A stretch of 9,818 bases of DNA, taken from assembly GCF_018420025.1 (NCBI RefSeq), contig NZ_JAEDAM010000037.1:1-9818 (forward strand). Reading direction: 5' to 3'. How positions within the stretch are numbered: position 1 is the first letter of the stretch; each line of letters starts with the position of its first letter. The notes under the pieces were generated by a model. The model was not told the origin of the DNA, made no database searches, and worked only from the letters and a program-made list of their open reading frames with translations. This document shows positions 8,870-9,818 of this stretch, piece by piece. Source of the DNA: Candidatus Vampirococcus lugosii. GTDB lineage: Bacteria > Patescibacteriota > Gracilibacteria > Absconditabacterales > Absconditicoccaceae. The position numbers were made by a program, and so were the translations under genes.

Positions 8870-9064
8870 TAATTTTTTTGGGGTAGTGTGCTGTAAATGT
8901 TAAAATGTCAGTATAACTCATCTTTGTAGAACAAAATTTCTAAAAACTTGATTTAGACAAGGATTTGCGAGAAAATAAAAAATTTTTTATATATTATATA
9001 ATTTTATATTATTTAAAACAATAATTTACTATTTAATTCTTTATTTTTAGATTAATTTTCAATA

Positions 9065-9097
9065 CAAGTTATTTTTTAAAAATAAAAAAATAACTTG
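9065..9097. promoter_or_regulatory. Perfect 13-bp inverted repeat with a 7-nt spacer in the divergent intergenic region. Candidate operator or RNA stem-loop.
   Basis: caagttatttttt (9065-9077), aaaaata, aaaaaataacttg (9085-9097). The arms are exact reverse complements. The right arm overlaps a TTGAAA -35-like hexamer at 9095-9100. Confidence 0.4.
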
Positions 9098-9122
9098 AAA
9101 AAGATAAAAAAAATAATATAAG
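9095..9122 (+). promoter_or_regulatory. Weak candidate promoter for the pilin gene.
   Basis: TTGAAA (9095-9100), a 16-nt spacer, then TATAAG (9117-9122), ~60 nt upstream of the ATG at 9183. Each hexamer matches consensus at 5 of 6 positions. AT-rich context makes chance matches likely. Confidence 0.25.
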
Positions 9123-9136
9123 TATTGAAAATATTA

Positions 9137-9164
9137 TTAATATTTAATATTTAATATTTAATAG
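9137..9164. repeat. Tandem heptamer (TTAATAT)x3 plus a degenerate fourth copy (TTAATAG), immediately upstream of the pilin gene.
   Basis: Read directly: ttaatat (9137-9143), ttaatat (9144-9150), ttaatat (9151-9157), ttaatag (9158-9164). The repeat ends 18 nt before the pilin ATG. Confidence 0.7.
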
Positions 9165-9182
9165 CTAAAAACTAATGAAAAA

Positions 9183-9818
9183 ATGGGAAATAATAAATGA
9201 TTTACATTAGTAGAGTTGATAGTAACAATAGCTATAATATCAATATTGGCGGTAGTAGCAGGATTAACACTTACACATTTTGTGGGGAAATCAAGAGATA
9301 CACAAGTAGTAAGTAATATAAATACAGTTGCCAAATGATTAGATATGTATTATATAAGTAATTGAGAATATCCTGAGCCAGATAATTTTACATGAGTATG
9401 AATAAAACAATGAGAGTGGTGAAGTGGTAAATCATCAGAAATAGAAATAATACCTCATCCTAAAAATAGTGATAAATCTAGTTTTGTATATACTATAACA
9501 GATAATCAAAAAAGTTATACTATAGCTGGATGGTTGGAAAATGAGTTAGTTATGAATGGTTTGTATACAGATAAATTGTATGCAAGAAATAATTATACAG
9601 ATATGATACTTTACAAAAAATGACAAATTCCAGTAATTGTAAAAGAAGATAATTGGGTTCCAGTTACTAATACAAATAGTGATTGATCTTCGTTTGTTGT
9701 ATTATGAGATAATAGTGAGATTGTAAAAAAACAAGATGGAACAAGTTTATCAGGTGATACTTTGGATGAAGTATTTAGTTGAGTAAATGAATATGTAGAA
9801 CAACAATGATCTACTTGA
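9183..9818 (+). CDS. Type IV pilin-like protein (prepilin-type N-terminal cleavage/methylation domain). The 5' end is complete and the ORF runs off the right edge (>=212 codons, table 25).
   Basis: The translation begins MGNNKG|FTLVELIVTIAIISILAVVAGLTLTHFVGKSRDTQVVSNINTVAKGLDMYYISNGEYPEP.... It has a short basic leader, Gly at -1, Phe at +1, Glu at +5 and a ~22-residue hydrophobic helix. It then has the pilin-typical (A/L)xxYYxxNGxYP motif. The G(-1) (9198-9200) and the NG of NGEYP (9363-9365) are TGA codons. I count 13 in-frame TGA against 8 GGN codons and no TAA/TAG. The last codon in the window (9816-9818) is TGA, so the ORF continues. Confidence 0.85.

Noticed and set aside
8805-8921. N-terminal extension of track ORF 8625..8921 (start at ATG 8921: MSYTDILTFTAHYPKKIIANKYFLYIIYSKHYIFKYKLI...).
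   Set aside because: The extension reads like translated AT-rich non-coding DNA and contains the best promoter candidate (TTGCAA-16-TATAAT, 8842-8869). The internal Met at 8804 begins a normal-looking polar N-terminus. The longer start cannot be fully excluded without homologues.
8875-8965. Locally GC-richer patch in the divergent intergenic region (ggggtagtgtgctg ... gacaaggatttgcgag) considered as a small RNA or tRNA fragment.
   Set aside because: I could not find a cloverleaf, a convincing stem-loop or a conserved RNA motif by eye. It is too short and unstructured to call. It may simply be upstream promoter or regulatory DNA, and is worth a covariance-model scan (Infernal/Rfam) only as a formality.
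9065-9097. The 13-bp stem-loop considered as a rho-independent terminator.
   Set aside because: Both flanking genes are transcribed away from it, so nothing needs terminating there. The stem is nearly all A-T, and neither strand has a U-run immediately 3' of the stem.
1-9818. Alternative reading of TGA as Trp (table 4, Mycoplasma/Spiroplasma-like), which the AT-richness suggests.
   Set aside because: TGA falls on invariant Gly positions in the prepilin G(-1), the LysM GD/YG/GQ and the DUF11 GD. Trp would give implausible W-dense strings (e.g. WVWIKQWEWW). TGG is used separately at ordinary Trp-like positions.

Overview
This window is very AT-rich (roughly three-quarters A+T by eye). It is almost ORF-free under the standard code, but four long ORFs appear once TGA is read as a sense codon. 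In-frame TGAs fall on invariant glycine positions: the prepilin G(-1), the GD/YG/GQ glycines of a LysM domain, and the GD of DUF11-type repeats. TGG is still used for Trp, and the only terminators are TAA/TAG. I therefore read the window with translation table 25 (TGA=Gly). The likely source, by inference, is a Gracilibacteria/Absconditabacteria-type CPR bacterium. The supplied standard-code ORF track misses or fragments every real gene.

Contents:
(1) Minus strand 1-5615: a giant secreted repeat-domain surface protein or adhesin, complete at the 5' end and truncated at the 3' end (>=1871 codons). It contains a mosaic 882/834-bp tandem duplication with a 273-bp perfectly identical core.
(2) Minus 5684-6079: a 131-aa charged orphan.
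(3) Minus 6093-8804: a 903-aa orphan with one clear LysM domain, no signal peptide, a long acidic helical middle and a hydrophobic Gly/Ala-rich C-terminal region.
(4) Plus 9183 to beyond 9818: a type IV pilin-like protein with a canonical G|FTLVE processing site.

The 378-bp divergent control region holds a 13-bp perfect inverted repeat and a 4x heptamer repeat. I saw no rRNA, tRNA, CRISPR array or transposase. All translations were done by hand. Domain calls are motif-level and need HMM or structure confirmation.
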